Source: the human T2T-CHM13v2.0 reference genome, Homo sapiens
DNA: 64,000 bases
Assembly (NCBI RefSeq): GCF_009914755.1
Contig: NC_060930.1
Direction: 5' to 3' (one strand)
Shown: piece after piece, positions 37,956-53,026 of the stretch
Layout of the letters: each line of letters starts with the position of its first letter
Numbering within the stretch: the stretch's first letter is position 1
Position numbers and translations under genes: made by a program
Notes under the pieces: generated by a model
The model's input: the letters and a program-made list of their open reading frames with translations, nothing else
What the model was told of the DNA's origin: nothing
The model's database searches: none

Positions 37956-38310
<355 letters not shown>

Positions 38311-39009
38311 CCTGAAACAAGTGGCATTGCAGAAGAATATCAGCAACATGGTTTATAAGAAAGGCAAGAGATGGCCATCAGGAAATACTGGTAGTGAAGG
38401 CAGGAAAAGGGGCTTTTACAAAAGATGAGTTGTATCCAAGCACACCCTATTTGTAACTAACCAGTTAAAAAGTTGACAATACCATAAAAACTTGGCTACT
38501 AGTAATTCACATCTGGCTATTAGCAAGAAATGAAACAAGAACATTGTATCAGCTTTAAATTCAATAGAAGATTTCATCAGATGTCTATAAATAAGTAAAT
38601 CATCAGGGAAAAACTTCAGGAAATTAAGACCATAATATACTTTGAATGGCAGGGAAAAATGCATTATTATCAGAGTTCACTTTTGGATATATCATCAAAC
38701 TCTAAGGGCCCATCCAAGCTCACAATGGTCTTCAAATGTGCAACAATGCTTTGGGTTCCCCTACAAAAACCACCAATCCCACTCTGCAGAACCATGATTT
38801 TGTGGTGAGACAAACTGTTCCAAAGCTCATTGATTACAATGCATTTAAAAACAAGAGACAAGGGATGTAAAGTATGAATACAGTAATTAACATTTTTGCA
38901 AGAGGACCAGTTCAAGAAAAATAAAACTGTTACAGGTCACATTTCTGATTTCATTTAAACAGAAAATAAAATTTACTGAGTCCCACAGAAATACAATTCC
39001 AACTATCAC

Positions 39010-39175
39010 TAGGGATTGGCAATCTTCGCCCTGGCCCGCTTTCCTGTGGCTCTGGAGATCAGAATGGTTTTTGTATTTTCAAAGAGCTAGAGGGGAAAAA
39101 CCAACAGAGACTTATGTGGCTTGCAACATTTAAAATATTTACTATGTGGCCCTTTACAGGAAGTTTGCTGACTGC
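39010..39175 (-). mobile_element. MER58-family fragment
   Basis: aaaatatttactatgtggccctttacaggaagtttgctgac terminal motif. Confidence 0.7.
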
Positions 39176-39974
39176 ACTTTCCCTCATTAAAAACATCAAG
39201 GAGGAAATTGGATTTTGCTTTTTAGTTATAAAATCAATGCCTATCTGAGAAACCACCCAGGGGAGCATTTTGGAGATCACCAAGTGTGTCCAAAAGCACT
39301 ACTTCATTTTACAGTGGAAGAAAACACCATGCCTACTTCACAGATATGGAGATGGAGGCAAGTGGTATTAAAGTCCCCTGGTTAAGGTCATGCAGTGAGT
39401 TAGCAAAATCACTCAGAGACTGAAAAAGGATGTGGAGATGAAGCAGATCCACCCAGGAAAGAAGGAAGACGCAACCTGGGCCTCCTATGATTTTCTTCTG
39501 CATGAACTGGGCTGTGCTGGGTAGGAACATCAGGGAGCTGAAGCATCCACGTGGACTAAACACAAATCTTGTGTGTGTGTTTACACTGATCGTGGCATTG
39601 TGGATGGATAAGTGACAAGTCCAAGCTAAAATCCCTGTCATCACGGAGCTCATGCTACTGGGGACACACCCACAAAAAGCCAGAGGGTTGCAGAATGGTT
39701 GGTTCTAAGGACATACACAGGGTAATCAGCAGAGCAATGCTGCTTGATACCCAAAGTGTCAACTACAGATCAGTGTTGGCCTGAACTGTTTGCTACCAGC
39801 CCACAATGAGAAGAGTGCAGAAAACAAGAGTGAGTGCTGAAAACCTTTATGGCAATTTGACATTACTATGGCATCTTCATTATAGTTTGGAAAAACCTCA
39901 ATCCACAAATGGTTTGGAAATTTACAAACCAGCCATTCCTTGCAGATCTTGAAAATCACTGGGAAAGAGGGCAC

Positions 39975-40400
39975 CTAATTAAGCAGGGTGGTCACAAAAG
40001 CCCTTCTGAGGAGGTTTCAAATTGAGGACTGAGAGGGAGCAACCATGCAAGGTGGGGCAGAATGTTTTGGGCAGAGGAAACAGCAGGTGTGGGAGTCCTG
40101 GCAGGGGGAATAACTTGGCAGGTGTGAAGAAGAGTAAGGAGGTGAGTGAGGCTGGGAATGAGCTGAGGCCAGACGACCAGACATGAGCTACAGCAGGCGG
40201 CACCTGGTAGGCAGATATGATGTTTCGATCTCTCATCGAAGTGCAAATAAGCCATGATTGGGTAAGGAGATTTACTTTTTGAAAGATTACCGTGCTTTGG
40301 ACAGAGAACAGACTATAGGGGAGCAAAAGTGGAGACAGACAGGCCAGTTAGGAGGCTGGGACAGTGGTTCGGGTGAGAGACAAGGCCAAGAGGAATGGCT
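39975..40400 (-). mobile_element. L2 fragment
   Basis: gggcagaggaaacagc...aaggaggtgagtgaggctgg...gagacagacaggccagttaggaggct. Confidence 0.75.
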
Positions 40401-41864
40401 GGTCTCTAAAAGGGGCAGGAACAACCATTATAATGGGAGTGGAAACAGAGAAAATGGGCACAGCACATGTTAGTTTGCAGTTTTGGCTATTTCCCAGAGG
40501 GCCTCACCAGAACATTCTAGTCAGAGCCCTAAGAAGGATTCCACACAAGACCCCAGCATGCTGAGGGTCTTGGCTGGCTCCTGCACTTCCACGGAGGGAT
40601 TCTCTAAGGAGGGTACCCTGAAGATGTCATTTCCCTGATCCTTCTGATTTGCATGAGGCTGCACTTAGGCCCACGGTGGGTCCAAGGGTCAGAGGCTGCT
40701 CAACAGATTGCTCAGTTCATTTTCCTTGGAAAAGCAGAATTGTGTTCTCCAGCTGTTTCTCTATTTTGCTTTGCTTCTTTCACATGTCTCATGGTATAAT
40801 TACAACTACTGCAACATAATTCATCTCACCCTGAAGCAGACACACTGGCTTTTCACATATAAAGTTTTCATAAAACTGTTATGCCAGGCATAAAAATGCT
40901 ACCAAATAATTCTAGGATTAGTACATCCAATTTTGTCACCTCCTACCCACAAATGTTAGCTAATTACTTTAAATAGACCATTAAAGACTGCACTCTTCCA
41001 AGTCAAATATCTAGATGTAAAACCAGAGTGTCCAAATTCCTAAAAGTCTCAAGTTTTTTCATAACACACATCTTTATAACTCGGGCAAATCCTTTTCACG
41101 AAGGTGGTAGAAAATTTCTGTAAAGAAGCTTTGTTAAATTTAGGGTTACATAAATGCCAATAATATTTCTGATATTTTAACCAGGGAAATGCCTTCTTGG
41201 TCATTTATGTATTTAACAGGTATATCATCTTGGTTGATCTAAATATTAGAAAAAAAAATTGGGGAAAAGGGAGAAAAAGAATAAAAATAAAGAAAAAGAA
41301 AATGGAAGTGTTACATGGTGATAAGGAAGCAGGGTGAGGAAAACACAAATTCCTTGTTGTTCAAGGAGTTTCAGTACCCGCAGTCTCATTCTAGGATGTA
41401 TTAAAATAACTGAAATATGAAAGCCCTGATGCACGCAGCTGAGCTTCTAAAGAGAGTCAACAGTTTAGATTTTATATCCATAGATGAATCTGAACACATT
41501 TTCCTAGCAAAGAGTAGCTGCTCAAAACTAAGAAATCTTACTTATATCTCATGTGCCTTGACTATTAGAAAGCTTAAAAGCAAAGCAAAGCTTCAGTTAT
41601 GCAAGATCATTAAGTTCTAGAGATCTGCTGTACAACACTGTACCTATAGTTAGCAATACTATATTGTGCACAGAAAAATCTGTTACAAGGGTAGCTGTCA
41701 TGTGAAGTGTTCGTACTGCAATTTAAAAAAGAAAAAGAAAAGCTATTTGGAAAGGGGTGGCTTAATTTGGGAGCTGAGATTCCTTTACTCCTAATGTCTT
41801 CAGAAAATTTTTTTCAAAGTGCCCTCATGTACTCTATTTTAATACACAAAATACTGCAGTCCTA

Positions 41865-42097
41865 CGAAATAAGCCAGGCACGGAAAGATGAATACCTCAT
41901 GCTCTCACTTATATGTTTTATTTAAAGGAGTCAAACTCACAGAAGCAGTAAAATGGTGTTTACCAGAGGCGGGGGTTGGGGGAGATGTTGGTAAAAGGAC
42001 ACAGAGTTTCAGTTAGACAGGAGAAATAAGTTCAAGAGATCTATTGTACAACATGGTAACTGCCTGAAAATTGCTAAGAGGGATTTTAAGCGTTCTC

Positions 42098-42143
<46 letters not shown>

Positions 42144-42266
42144 GTATGTGAGGTAATTACACATATGTTAAATAGCTTGATTTAGCCATTTCACAATTTC
42201 TACATATATCAAAATGACGTGCTACACACCTAAATATATACAATTTTCACCTGTCAATTTGAAAAA
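41865..42266 (+). mobile_element. L1MA-like 3' end (a second L1M 3' fragment lies at ~41610-41740)
   Basis: aataagttcaagagatctattgtacaacatgg, gaaaattgctaagag and tagcttgatttagccatt. Confidence 0.85.
42099..42140. repeat. (AC)21 microsatellite
   Basis: Perfect run inside the L1MA 3'UTR. Confidence 0.97.
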
Positions 42267-44579
42267 TTGACTTACGAAATACAGATACAGGCTCACTTAC
42301 TGATTGCCTTAACTTTTCCCTTTCTAAATGGAAGTGTAAATTAAAAATACTGTTCACTTAAAAAAAACTCATCTTTTTACAATTCTTACATAAATGAATA
42401 AAAATTATGCCTAGAATTACTCATTAAATAAATATTTATACAAAACACTACAATGTGCACCATGGTGATTAACAAGATGAATGAAAGATAAAGATATGTG
42501 CTAGAGGAGAACAAATAAAGGGGAAGCTACTTCCAGGGCAGGGCAGGGTGGGCTGGGGCAAGTGCCATTGGCAGGCAGGCAAGACGACCAGGAGGGACTT
42601 CCAGGTAGAGACTGGCTCAGGCCCGGGTATCAACCTCCCCTCTTCTGAAATACCAATGAAAACTAAGAGTGGTGCTATCTACATCCCACAGGCTTTGAGG
42701 AGCATCTGTTACAAATAACAGATATAGGACTTGGTTAAGCAACTATCAGGGGCTTCTGGAGAAAGTGGCAAAAACCATAATCCCAGCCTAAGTGAAAGGC
42801 ATGGGCGGCACACTTGGATCCCCTCTCACTTTAGCAGAATTTGGAATTTGGAAATGACTCTCCAAGTACAGGGACAGCCCCATCAAAAAGCAGCCAAGAG
42901 GCGCTCACCCTGAGGCTGTAGGACTTAGGGCCAGGAGGGCAGGACAGTCAAGGTAGGTCATGCACAAAAGAGAATTAGATGCAGCTGCTTTTCAGGAAAC
43001 ACGTCCAGAAATGGAAACAATAAAAGATTGGAATAATGTACTTTCCAAGGCTAATATCTATGCCAAGGAATCTCTACCATTAAAAAAAAAAAAAAAAGAG
43101 TGCTCGTAATTTTCCAGGACTTACTCAATATTTACAAAAATCAGCAGCCCATCAGACAACAAAGGGGGAATCTTAAGCCCCAGAAAGAAAAGCTTGTTCA
43201 GGTCACAGTTTTGACCACAATGCCATTAACCTCACCACATGAAGTGCTTTCTTTTCCTGGCCCACAAGCAACCCCCTACTCATTCTCAAGGTGGAGAAAT
43301 ATTCTAGTTCAATCAGTGAGAGCCCAAAATCTTTTGGGCTCAACTTTAACATAAAAAACCCAGAGTGGGCCCATCTCTTCTCTCTGGGACCATCTGCTCT
43401 TGGGTGAAAAGGGCTCATAGTAAGCTTCCTGCTGCACATGATCAGCAGACTAGGCGGAGCCTTCTAGAAGCCTGTCAGGCCTCTTTCCACCTCTCTGCTT
43501 GTCCCCGTGTGGGTAAATCAACTCGTTCCCTCACTGGGACTAGTTACTATCAATTAGGGAGGAAGCAGAAACCGTCACTCCGACCTGATATTCAAGCCTT
43601 GTTCTCAATACTCGTCATGACCAGGGAAAACTGAAATTTTAACCCCATTAGGCTCCATTCTTTGGTGTATACTTTCCTGACCAAAAACCTGGTGAAGAGG
43701 TGATTTGCACCTCAAATCCAAACCTAACTAAATATCTGATCGTGAGGACATTAAACACACTCATATCCTCCCTCTCCTGAATAATTCTGTATCAATGAGG
43801 AAATCCAAACTGTAACAAGATTACTTAGAAAATACGAAGAAATAAGAAAAACAAGACTATCACACATTAAGTTTCATGGGATGTGGCAAACACTGTTGGA
43901 GTTGACATCTATTTCTTTCTGGTGCCATATGAAGTCCCACTGATAGTTGGGGAAAGGGTGTGACCGCTGCTGGCCAATCAGAATGTCCCTCCCCCAGACC
44001 ACGGCTGGGCAGGACCTCAAGCAGGTGAGGCTGCGGCTCATCTCAGGGCTTGCTGGCATGACTCACCCATCAGGGAGCCAGCCTCTTCCAGTCCTGCACT
44101 ACTGAATTCAGGAGTGTACAGGAAGCAGGCTTGGGAGACTGAGTGCTCATGCTTGGTTATGCCAGGTACCGAAGGGCAGTGATCACACTGTGACTGATGA
44201 GGAACATCTGGCTGGAACGGTGACAGTTATACCTTCAGAAAGTTTGAGGTTTACCCTCTTTCTCCATCAGATCGTATCATCTGCAATTGAGCATTCTCAG
44301 TGAGGATTCTTGGTACCGCTCGCTTGTACCTCCATCTGTCATAGATAATGTGACAGACACCTCTGTCTGTATTCTAACTATGCTAACTCCCTTCCACGTT
44401 GTTTATATAAGTAAACCCTGTTCATTTTCATAAGCAAAGTCTTTCCATCAATTCTAACCCACAGGCAATAGTCAACAAAATAGTAATAGTAGTAAACCCA
44501 GGCAAAACAATCAGAATCCTTTTTTAGGGACAGAGATGAGTATTTGAAGGGAGAAGTTATCTCAACTTAAGACACTTGG

Positions 44580-44851
44580 GGCTACAAGGACTGTGAGAAA
44601 CCCAAAGAGACAAGACCCATCTTTCTCTGCCACACAGGAGTGGCTGCTGGAAAAATAAAATTATCAGAGAAAAGCAGATGACCTAAGAGAAAAAGACAGG
44701 TTCCCAAAAATACCACATGCACTCCTGGATCAGACTGTGCCTAAAGGCACTTATACCCTGAACCCCAATAACGTGAGCCACTCAGCTCCTCTTTTTATGT
44801 GAGCTGGTCTGAGTTGGGATTCAGGTACCAGTAATAAAGTGTCCTAACACA
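44580..44851 (+). mobile_element. Old MaLR (MLT1K/L-like) LTR 3' fragment; a possible 5' piece lies at ~43900-44050
   Basis: ctggatcagactgtgcctaaag...gtgagcca...gagctggtctgagttgggattc...gtcctaacaca. Confidence 0.5.
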
Positions 44852-45667
44852 GCTTTCCTTGGAAGCCTCTGGTTTTCTGAACGAGATGAGACTGGATGAC
44901 CATGAGCAGGCTGGAAAGAGGAGAGCTGACCAGAAGCTTGCTCCAGGGCTGGCTGGGGATGACTGAGCAAGTTCTCTACAATAAAGGTGTTTTATGAGAA
45001 AGAATAAACTTTAAGCATTAAAATAAAAAATTTTAAAATAACAAGAGAAAATAAGAAATCAATGAACTAGAAGCTTTTAAGCATGAAACTTAGACTTCCT
45101 AGATCTGCTTTAAAAAAAAAAAAAAAAAAAGAAAAAAAGCACATTTAGCCAAAGCTCTGGCTAAACTAATCAAGCAAAGATGATGCTACAGATACTCAAA
45201 TTTAGAAATTATAAACAAATATAACCACGGATTGGGAGAATAAAGTCATTTAAAAAGCATATTACACATAACTTCATGCTAGTAATTTTTAAATCTCAAT
45301 GAAATGAATAATTTACTAAGAAATACAAAGGACTAAAATTGATCCAAAAAGAAAGCAGAACTGAACAGAGCAATGACTGTGAAACAAAATGGGGGGAAAA
45401 AACCCAAGAATTAATTGCAATAAAAGAACTTGTCCCAGATAACTCTAAGGATGAAGTTTTTCAAATTATCAAAAACCATAATTTCCATATTATTTAAATG
45501 GCTCAATAATGAGTGCAATGGTGAGCATTTATTAAGCACTTACTATGTGCCTGCTACTTTGCTAAATGGCTCAAAAACACTATCATTTAATGTTAACAAT
45601 TATATGAGGTGGTTTTCTCCAAATTACAAGTCAGAAAAATGAGGCTAAAAAACACGACCAATTGTCA

Positions 45668-45965
45668 GACTGGGTGTGGTGGCTCACATCTGTAATCCCA
45701 GCACTTTAGGAGGCCAAGGCAGGCAGATCACGAGGTCAGGAGATCGAGACCAGCCTGGCCAACATGGTGAAACCCCACCTCTACTAAAAATACAAAGATT
45801 AGCTGGGCGTGGTGGCGCATGCCTGTAATCCCAGCTACTCGGGAGGCTGAGGCAGGAGAATTGCCTGAACCAGGGAGTCAGAGATTGCAGTGAGCCGAGA
45901 TAGCACCATTGCACTCCAGCCTGGTGACAGAGCAAGACTCCATCTCAAAGAAAGAAAGAAAAAAA
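45668..45965 (+). mobile_element. AluSc-like inserted in a MIR
   Basis: gatcacgaggtcaggagatcgag and agcctggtgacag; degenerate TSD aacacgaccaat / aacatgaccaat; MIR sequence on both sides. Confidence 0.92.
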
Positions 45966-46527
45966 CCAACATGACCAATGTCTAATAAAATTGTGGAGCT
46001 AAGATTCAATCCTGCCTTTCTACCTCTAAAGTTGCTCATTTAACAACTATACGCACTGCCTTCCTATGAACAGGCAGAGGTTCCAACATTGCTAAGGGTT
46101 CTCATTAGTTGCTAGAGGGAGCAGAGTAAAAAGAAAAGTCTGGAAGAAAAGAGACAAGTTAGGAAGTTACTGAACATCTAGCTCAGTGGCAATGTATGAG
46201 AGACCCAGGGAGGTGTTGGCACAGACAAGAGCGCAAGTAGAAAGTCATGAGATTTTATGGAGGTACAACTGGAGCTCCAGAGAGTCATGTATATGATTAA
46301 ATGAAGAGCTGATTCAAATGGTCAGAGGATCTGGAAGAGTCCCAGAAATTTTGTCACATGCCTTGATTTCCCCCAATGAAAAAAATTGGAACCATTAACA
46401 CTAATTTACAAAGATGCTATAAACAACAGTGAGGCATCTATTAGAACTTAGCTGCTTATGAATAGGCCCTAAAAAAAATGAAAGGTATTATAATTGTTCT
46501 TTAATCAAGTAATCTAAGTATTCCCTA

Positions 46528-46685
46528 GGGCAGTTTTCCCAAACTTTCTGGGTCTGAAGAATTACCTGAGGGTGAGGAATAGGGGTCTTGGAAAACAGAT
46601 TTATACTGAAATCCAATGCTCCAGACTGAAGCTTCAGCATTTGTATTTTTAACAAGTGCCCCAGTGATTTTTATGGCTAAGCACT
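46528..46685. mobile_element. MER5-like hAT element
   Basis: cagttttcccaaacttt...gaattacctgaggg...tgtatttttaacaagtgccccagtgattt. Confidence 0.6.
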
Positions 46686-46718
46686 TTCTCCCCTGAACAT
46701 GGCAGAATGGGATGGTGA

Positions 46719-47066
<348 letters not shown>

Positions 47067-47335
47067 GAAGTTGAGAGAAATCAGTTATCGCAGTTCTTTA
47101 GATGTTCACTTTTTAACTGCTGTTTTCCCAAAAATACCGTATCTGATGCCAGCATTTTTCACTGAAAAACTGCAGATGACTGAAACCAAAGCTGAGTAAC
47201 TGCTTACAGAGAAAACAGTAACATTAAATGTATACAAGTACTTGAAACAATTCATCAATGATTTACAGTGTGCTTTTCTAAAATGGAGCTTTCCCTGATA
47301 GTGAACCAATGGGGCTGGAGTCTTCGCCTCTACAA

Positions 47336-47604
47336 CAGCAGTGTCCAGTCTTTTGGCTTCCCTGGGCCACACTGGAAGAAGAATTGTCACAGGCCACACA
47401 TAAAATACACTAATACTAATGATAGCTGATGAGCTAAAAAAAAAAAAAGAAAAAAAGAAAAAAAGAAAAAGAAAAAGAAAGAAAAAGAAAAAGTCGCAAA
47501 AAAAAATCTCATAATGTTTTCAGAGTCTATGAATTTGTGTTGGGCCACATTCAAAGCCATCCTGGGCCACATGTGGCCGGTGGGCCGCAGGCTAGACAAG
47601 CTTG
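47336..47604 (+). mobile_element. MER30 DNA transposon with expanded (GAAAAA)n
   Basis: gtgtccagtcttttggcttccctgggccacactggaagaagaattgtc...ctcataatgtttt...ttgggccacattcaaagccatcctggg...gacaagcttg. Confidence 0.9.
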
Positions 47605-50600
47605 TGCTACAAGATGTGGCTTGGCCTCCTTTCTGCTCCAATCTCTAGCAGCTCAGAGATCAAGTGGCATGCCCATCTTCAATCTCTGGTCCTCCCAAGC
47701 TACAAGGCAAATTCCATGCTGGTATAGGCATCTGTCTTACTTATGACACCGTATCCCCCTTATTTAACCCAATACTCAGCACAGTGGGCACCTAGATAAA
47801 CTAAGGAGAGAGGAGGAAAGGTGAAGAAGTAGGAGGAAATGAAGCACATATGGAGAAAAGAGAGAGAATGAAACCTGCAGGCATGTGGCATTGGGGTAGC
47901 CAGCATCCATGCTCCCTCCGTAGCGCCCTCCCTTCTAAGTGGAGCAGGTAGCTGTGCTGCCACTACAGAAGCCAAAGAGGGTCCCTGGGGCTTCTACCAA
48001 ATCTCTTCTCTTAACTGCTGCAATACAGCCAAGGGGCGAGCACACACCCACAGCTTGGCCAATCAAGACTCCTTCTGTTGGGATACCATCACTTGAAAAA
48101 GAGACGGCAGGCTGAATGACTGGAGATCAGTGAAGCCATAGCAATGCTGGGTGAAAAGTGACATTCCTGCCTGCTCAGAGCCTGGCCCTTGGTCCATTCC
48201 AAGCTGCCTTCATATCCTTGCCATAAATGCCCCATTTGCCTAACTTGCCCAGAATCAGTTTTTGCCGCTTGCATCAAAAACCGTATTACAGAAAGCAAGA
48301 GAAAGGAGATTGGGGGGTGGGGGTGGGGAGAAAAGGGAACGTAGTGATTAGGAGTAGCCCAGTACCAGCAACTTCCTCATACTTTTGACAATTATCCCAT
48401 CCGGAGATCAGAAGGAAGGTGTTCCCTAAATACATATTTCACTTGTGAATTTCTGAGAAGTATGTTTACAAACTGTAATAAAGCTAAACATTCCCACAGA
48501 AGGTAGTAACACGTTTAAGACCTTAGAAGTCTTAGAGACTGAGATAATATGTGGTAAAATAGTTACTAAACACATTTCCCACGTCTACTACAGCAGGGAT
48601 ACATACACCAGTAATTCTCAATCCAGGCCCATATATGGGACATGAATGAATGGGTAGAAGGTGTCTCACAGGCCAGCTCTGCCAGTGGGGTTCACAAGGT
48701 ATCAATTTAAAAAGACGCTACTTTAAGGCTACTGCCTTTAAGTAATCTTTGGCCTAGTTTCATCACTACACTTGGGAACAATAAAACCACACTTACAAGT
48801 CACAGTTCCAATGAAAAAACAATGTTCAGAATGTATCTTTTCATGAAAAATCTAGAATTCAAAAGGAAAATCGACTTAGTTTTGTGGATAAAAATAAAAA
48901 CAGATAAGAGTCTTTAAAGTCAAACATTCTGACTAAGCAATTAGGAGACTAGAGTCAGAAAGTATGTACCCTGATACATGGAAGGTGCAATGCCCAAGCA
49001 GCACCATCTTCGTTTGACTGGAGCTTTGCTGTATATGGATTTTTACATACATTTTCTCACTTGGGTGTTGTTATAACTGGGAGCTAAATTAATGAATATT
49101 ACTTTAACTCTTTATAGATGAAGAAAATGAATACTAGATCAGGTAGCTTGCTACGGTCATAGAACAAGAAAACAGAAGACCAAAGACTGCAATTTGTATC
49201 TTCTGACTTCTGGTACCATCCAGCAAATACTTCATTCCTCCACACTGCCTTGCAACAGAAGCAACATCGGAAATGCCTGCCAACTCACAGAATGAAGGAA
49301 TTATCCACACAGATATCCCCAGTTTGTTATAAAGTTTTCAAAGAACACTGTACACCAAAACCAGCCTTTTATACCTGTAATTTCTGGGGATCAACAGCTC
49401 CATCAGTAAGCTTTAACTGCTGGCTTTTGGCTTAGAGACATTTAACTAACCCCTCACGTACTGCAATTTCCTGGGAGCAAGCTTCCACCCCAATGGCTCT
49501 GAAAACGTAGTGGCCAGATGGGGAAAGGCAATCAGACAGATCAGTCCCTGCTTGCCTAGCTCAGCACCAGTTCTTCCAGAGGCTGCCTCTGGATCCGGGC
49601 TAGGGAAAGCACATGATCCAGGCAGTCCTAGGCTAGACCGACACCGAAATTGACACCAGAAAGAACAGAAACTCCTCATGCTACACACTTTTAAGGTTAA
49701 CCCCAGAGACCAAAAACAAAAGCAAGCAAGCAAAGAAACAAACAAACAAAAAGACTTCAGGACAGACAATGAAGGGCACCTGGGAAAGCAGACGTTTTCC
49801 TACACAAACTTTGTTCTCCGCTGATCTCTGTGACACTAAAATACCTACATAGAAATCCTAGGATTTAAATATCCTAGAGATGATCAGAAGTCCTTTAAGG
49901 TTTAAATCTTTCCTGCCAAGGAAAGAAACAGTACTGAGACAGGCGGAGAAGGTGGTGACATTTCCAGGATTCTTATCCTGCAATCCTGAAGGATTTCTGT
50001 TCTAATTGCCATAGCCTCTTAATCAGCAGGTGTAACGGGGTCACTTCCAGCTAGTCAGTGAGAGAATGGAAAGTGGGAACTCACATGTCCCAGAAAAGAA
50101 ATCTACATTTATATTCCTTTCATCCTCTCTGAAACAAATTGTTATTTTATCTTATTTTTCAGAAGGAACGAATATAAATAAAAATACTTTTTTCCAATCC
50201 TGTTAGAGTTCTCTTCTCAAGGTCTGTGAAGGAAATGGAGTTGTTGTTACTCTCATTTTGCCCAGGGCGGCACTCAGGGAGAATAAGAAGTTATTAGATA
50301 AATGCCACTGATATTCTACATTTAGCTAACTCATGTGCCCAAGCTCCAGGACAGTTCTGTGAAAGCCAGACCTGACAATCAGTTACAGTTAAGGCAGCTA
50401 CCCCTTGAAAGGTGTAAATTTTTCTTTTGTGTATTTCTTCTTCAGCAACTCAGTAACAACTTCTAGAACATTCAGCTAAAAGGGTGAAGACACAATAAGA
50501 TGGAGTAAGATGGGGAGACTGAGATTACAAGAATATTACTTCTACTTGGACCCCTGGGTTGCAAAACCAAGCCAGAAAAGTAAAGAGAAGAAAGTATCAC

Positions 50601-50862
50601 TATCAGGAAGGGGAGCAAATTATGCAATATAGACTACCTGGTACCACATGGGTAAAGAGGCCAGGAAGAATAAATGCTAATTTAGCATTCCCCCAGCGAT
50701 CGGAGAGATGCTGCCTCCATGATGAAAGCAGTGTAAAAAAGCAGGGCTGAAGGAAGAGCATTCTCCTTGCCTGCATATCCCAACTATACAATTCTCCCTG
50801 GACATGAGGCCCATCTCCCTAGTGAGGAATATATGCTGATTTATCTAAGTCTCTGGTTTTAT

Positions 50863-50888
50863 ACACACACACACACACACACACACAC
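50863..50888. repeat. (AC)13 microsatellite abutting a poly-T tract
   Basis: Perfect AC run. Confidence 0.95.
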
Positions 50889-51349
<461 letters not shown>

Positions 51350-51839
51350 TGATTTCTGGAAGTCTCTGGATTTGGCCACTGGGCCACCACTGATCTTGAA
51401 GAAAATAGTTTATGCTAATGGGAGATGTTACTGGGAGTAGTACAAAGAAAAGGGTAGTTTCAACTATATCAACAGGCATGCAGAAAGTGGCTTGTGGATA
51501 GGCAGGGAAAGAGAGGGAGAGAGCCCATGATAAAGTAAGATCTGAACAGGGCACACGCCCTAAGGGACCGGGAGACCGACTGAGAGGAAGAAGGTGGTTC
51601 AGAAGAGCTAAGGCAAAGTGTGGGGTTTGGGGTTTGCTTGTTTGTTTGCCAGGGGAAACAAGTACACATACCAGAGGGAAATTTAGAAAGGTAAAGTTTA
51701 GGAAGTCAACCACATGTTATTTACAGACTGGAGGCTCAAGTTACCAAACAACAGGGTACGGCAAGACTGCACCAAACTTCCTTCTCCAAGTTACAAAGGA
51801 CAAGCTGGAAATGTGTGCGGAATGGGAAACATGGGCTGA

Positions 51840-52165
<326 letters not shown>

Positions 52166-52405
52166 TCAAATCATTTTTAGGGACTGCAAACCTCCTTCTC
52201 TGGCCCTTCATGCTAACGCTACCATGGTTACTCTGATATCCCATTTATACCAGTGAAATTACACTGTGGTAAGTGCACTTAAACAGCATATTATACTTAG
52301 TAGGAATCTGAAGGATTTCTAACTCAAAGCTTTTCCTTTACCTTACTTTTGGCGTTTAGTTTGTATTTCCATATAGGTCTCCCAGACCAGTTTTTACAAA
52401 TGTAG

Positions 52406-52704
<299 letters not shown>

Positions 52705-53026
52705 CCATGCTGACCTGTTCAGACAGCATACTTCAGGTGTCAGAGGGGGCAACGTAGGCCTTTCCTGTGCATCTTCCATGCATACCTCTCATGCGTCTCT
52801 AAGCAGTTAATGATGCCAGTGAGTCTATCATCTTGGATCTGATGAGTTAAATTTTGGTCCCAGACTGAAAAGGTATGGTGGGTTTTTCACAAGAGCAGAA
52901 AAGCAGCATGAACATTTTCTATTCACATTATTAGCATATACACAAAGGTGTATTAGCCATACCTTGCTGTAAAGAGGAGAATCTTTACAGAGCTTCTAAA
53001 ACAAAAAGCTGCTTATTACATTTCCA

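Noticed and set aside
41610-42056. Repeated taagttc.agagatct..tgtacaaca motif as a local duplication
   Set aside because: Explained by two separate L1M 3'UTR fragments sharing consensus sequence.
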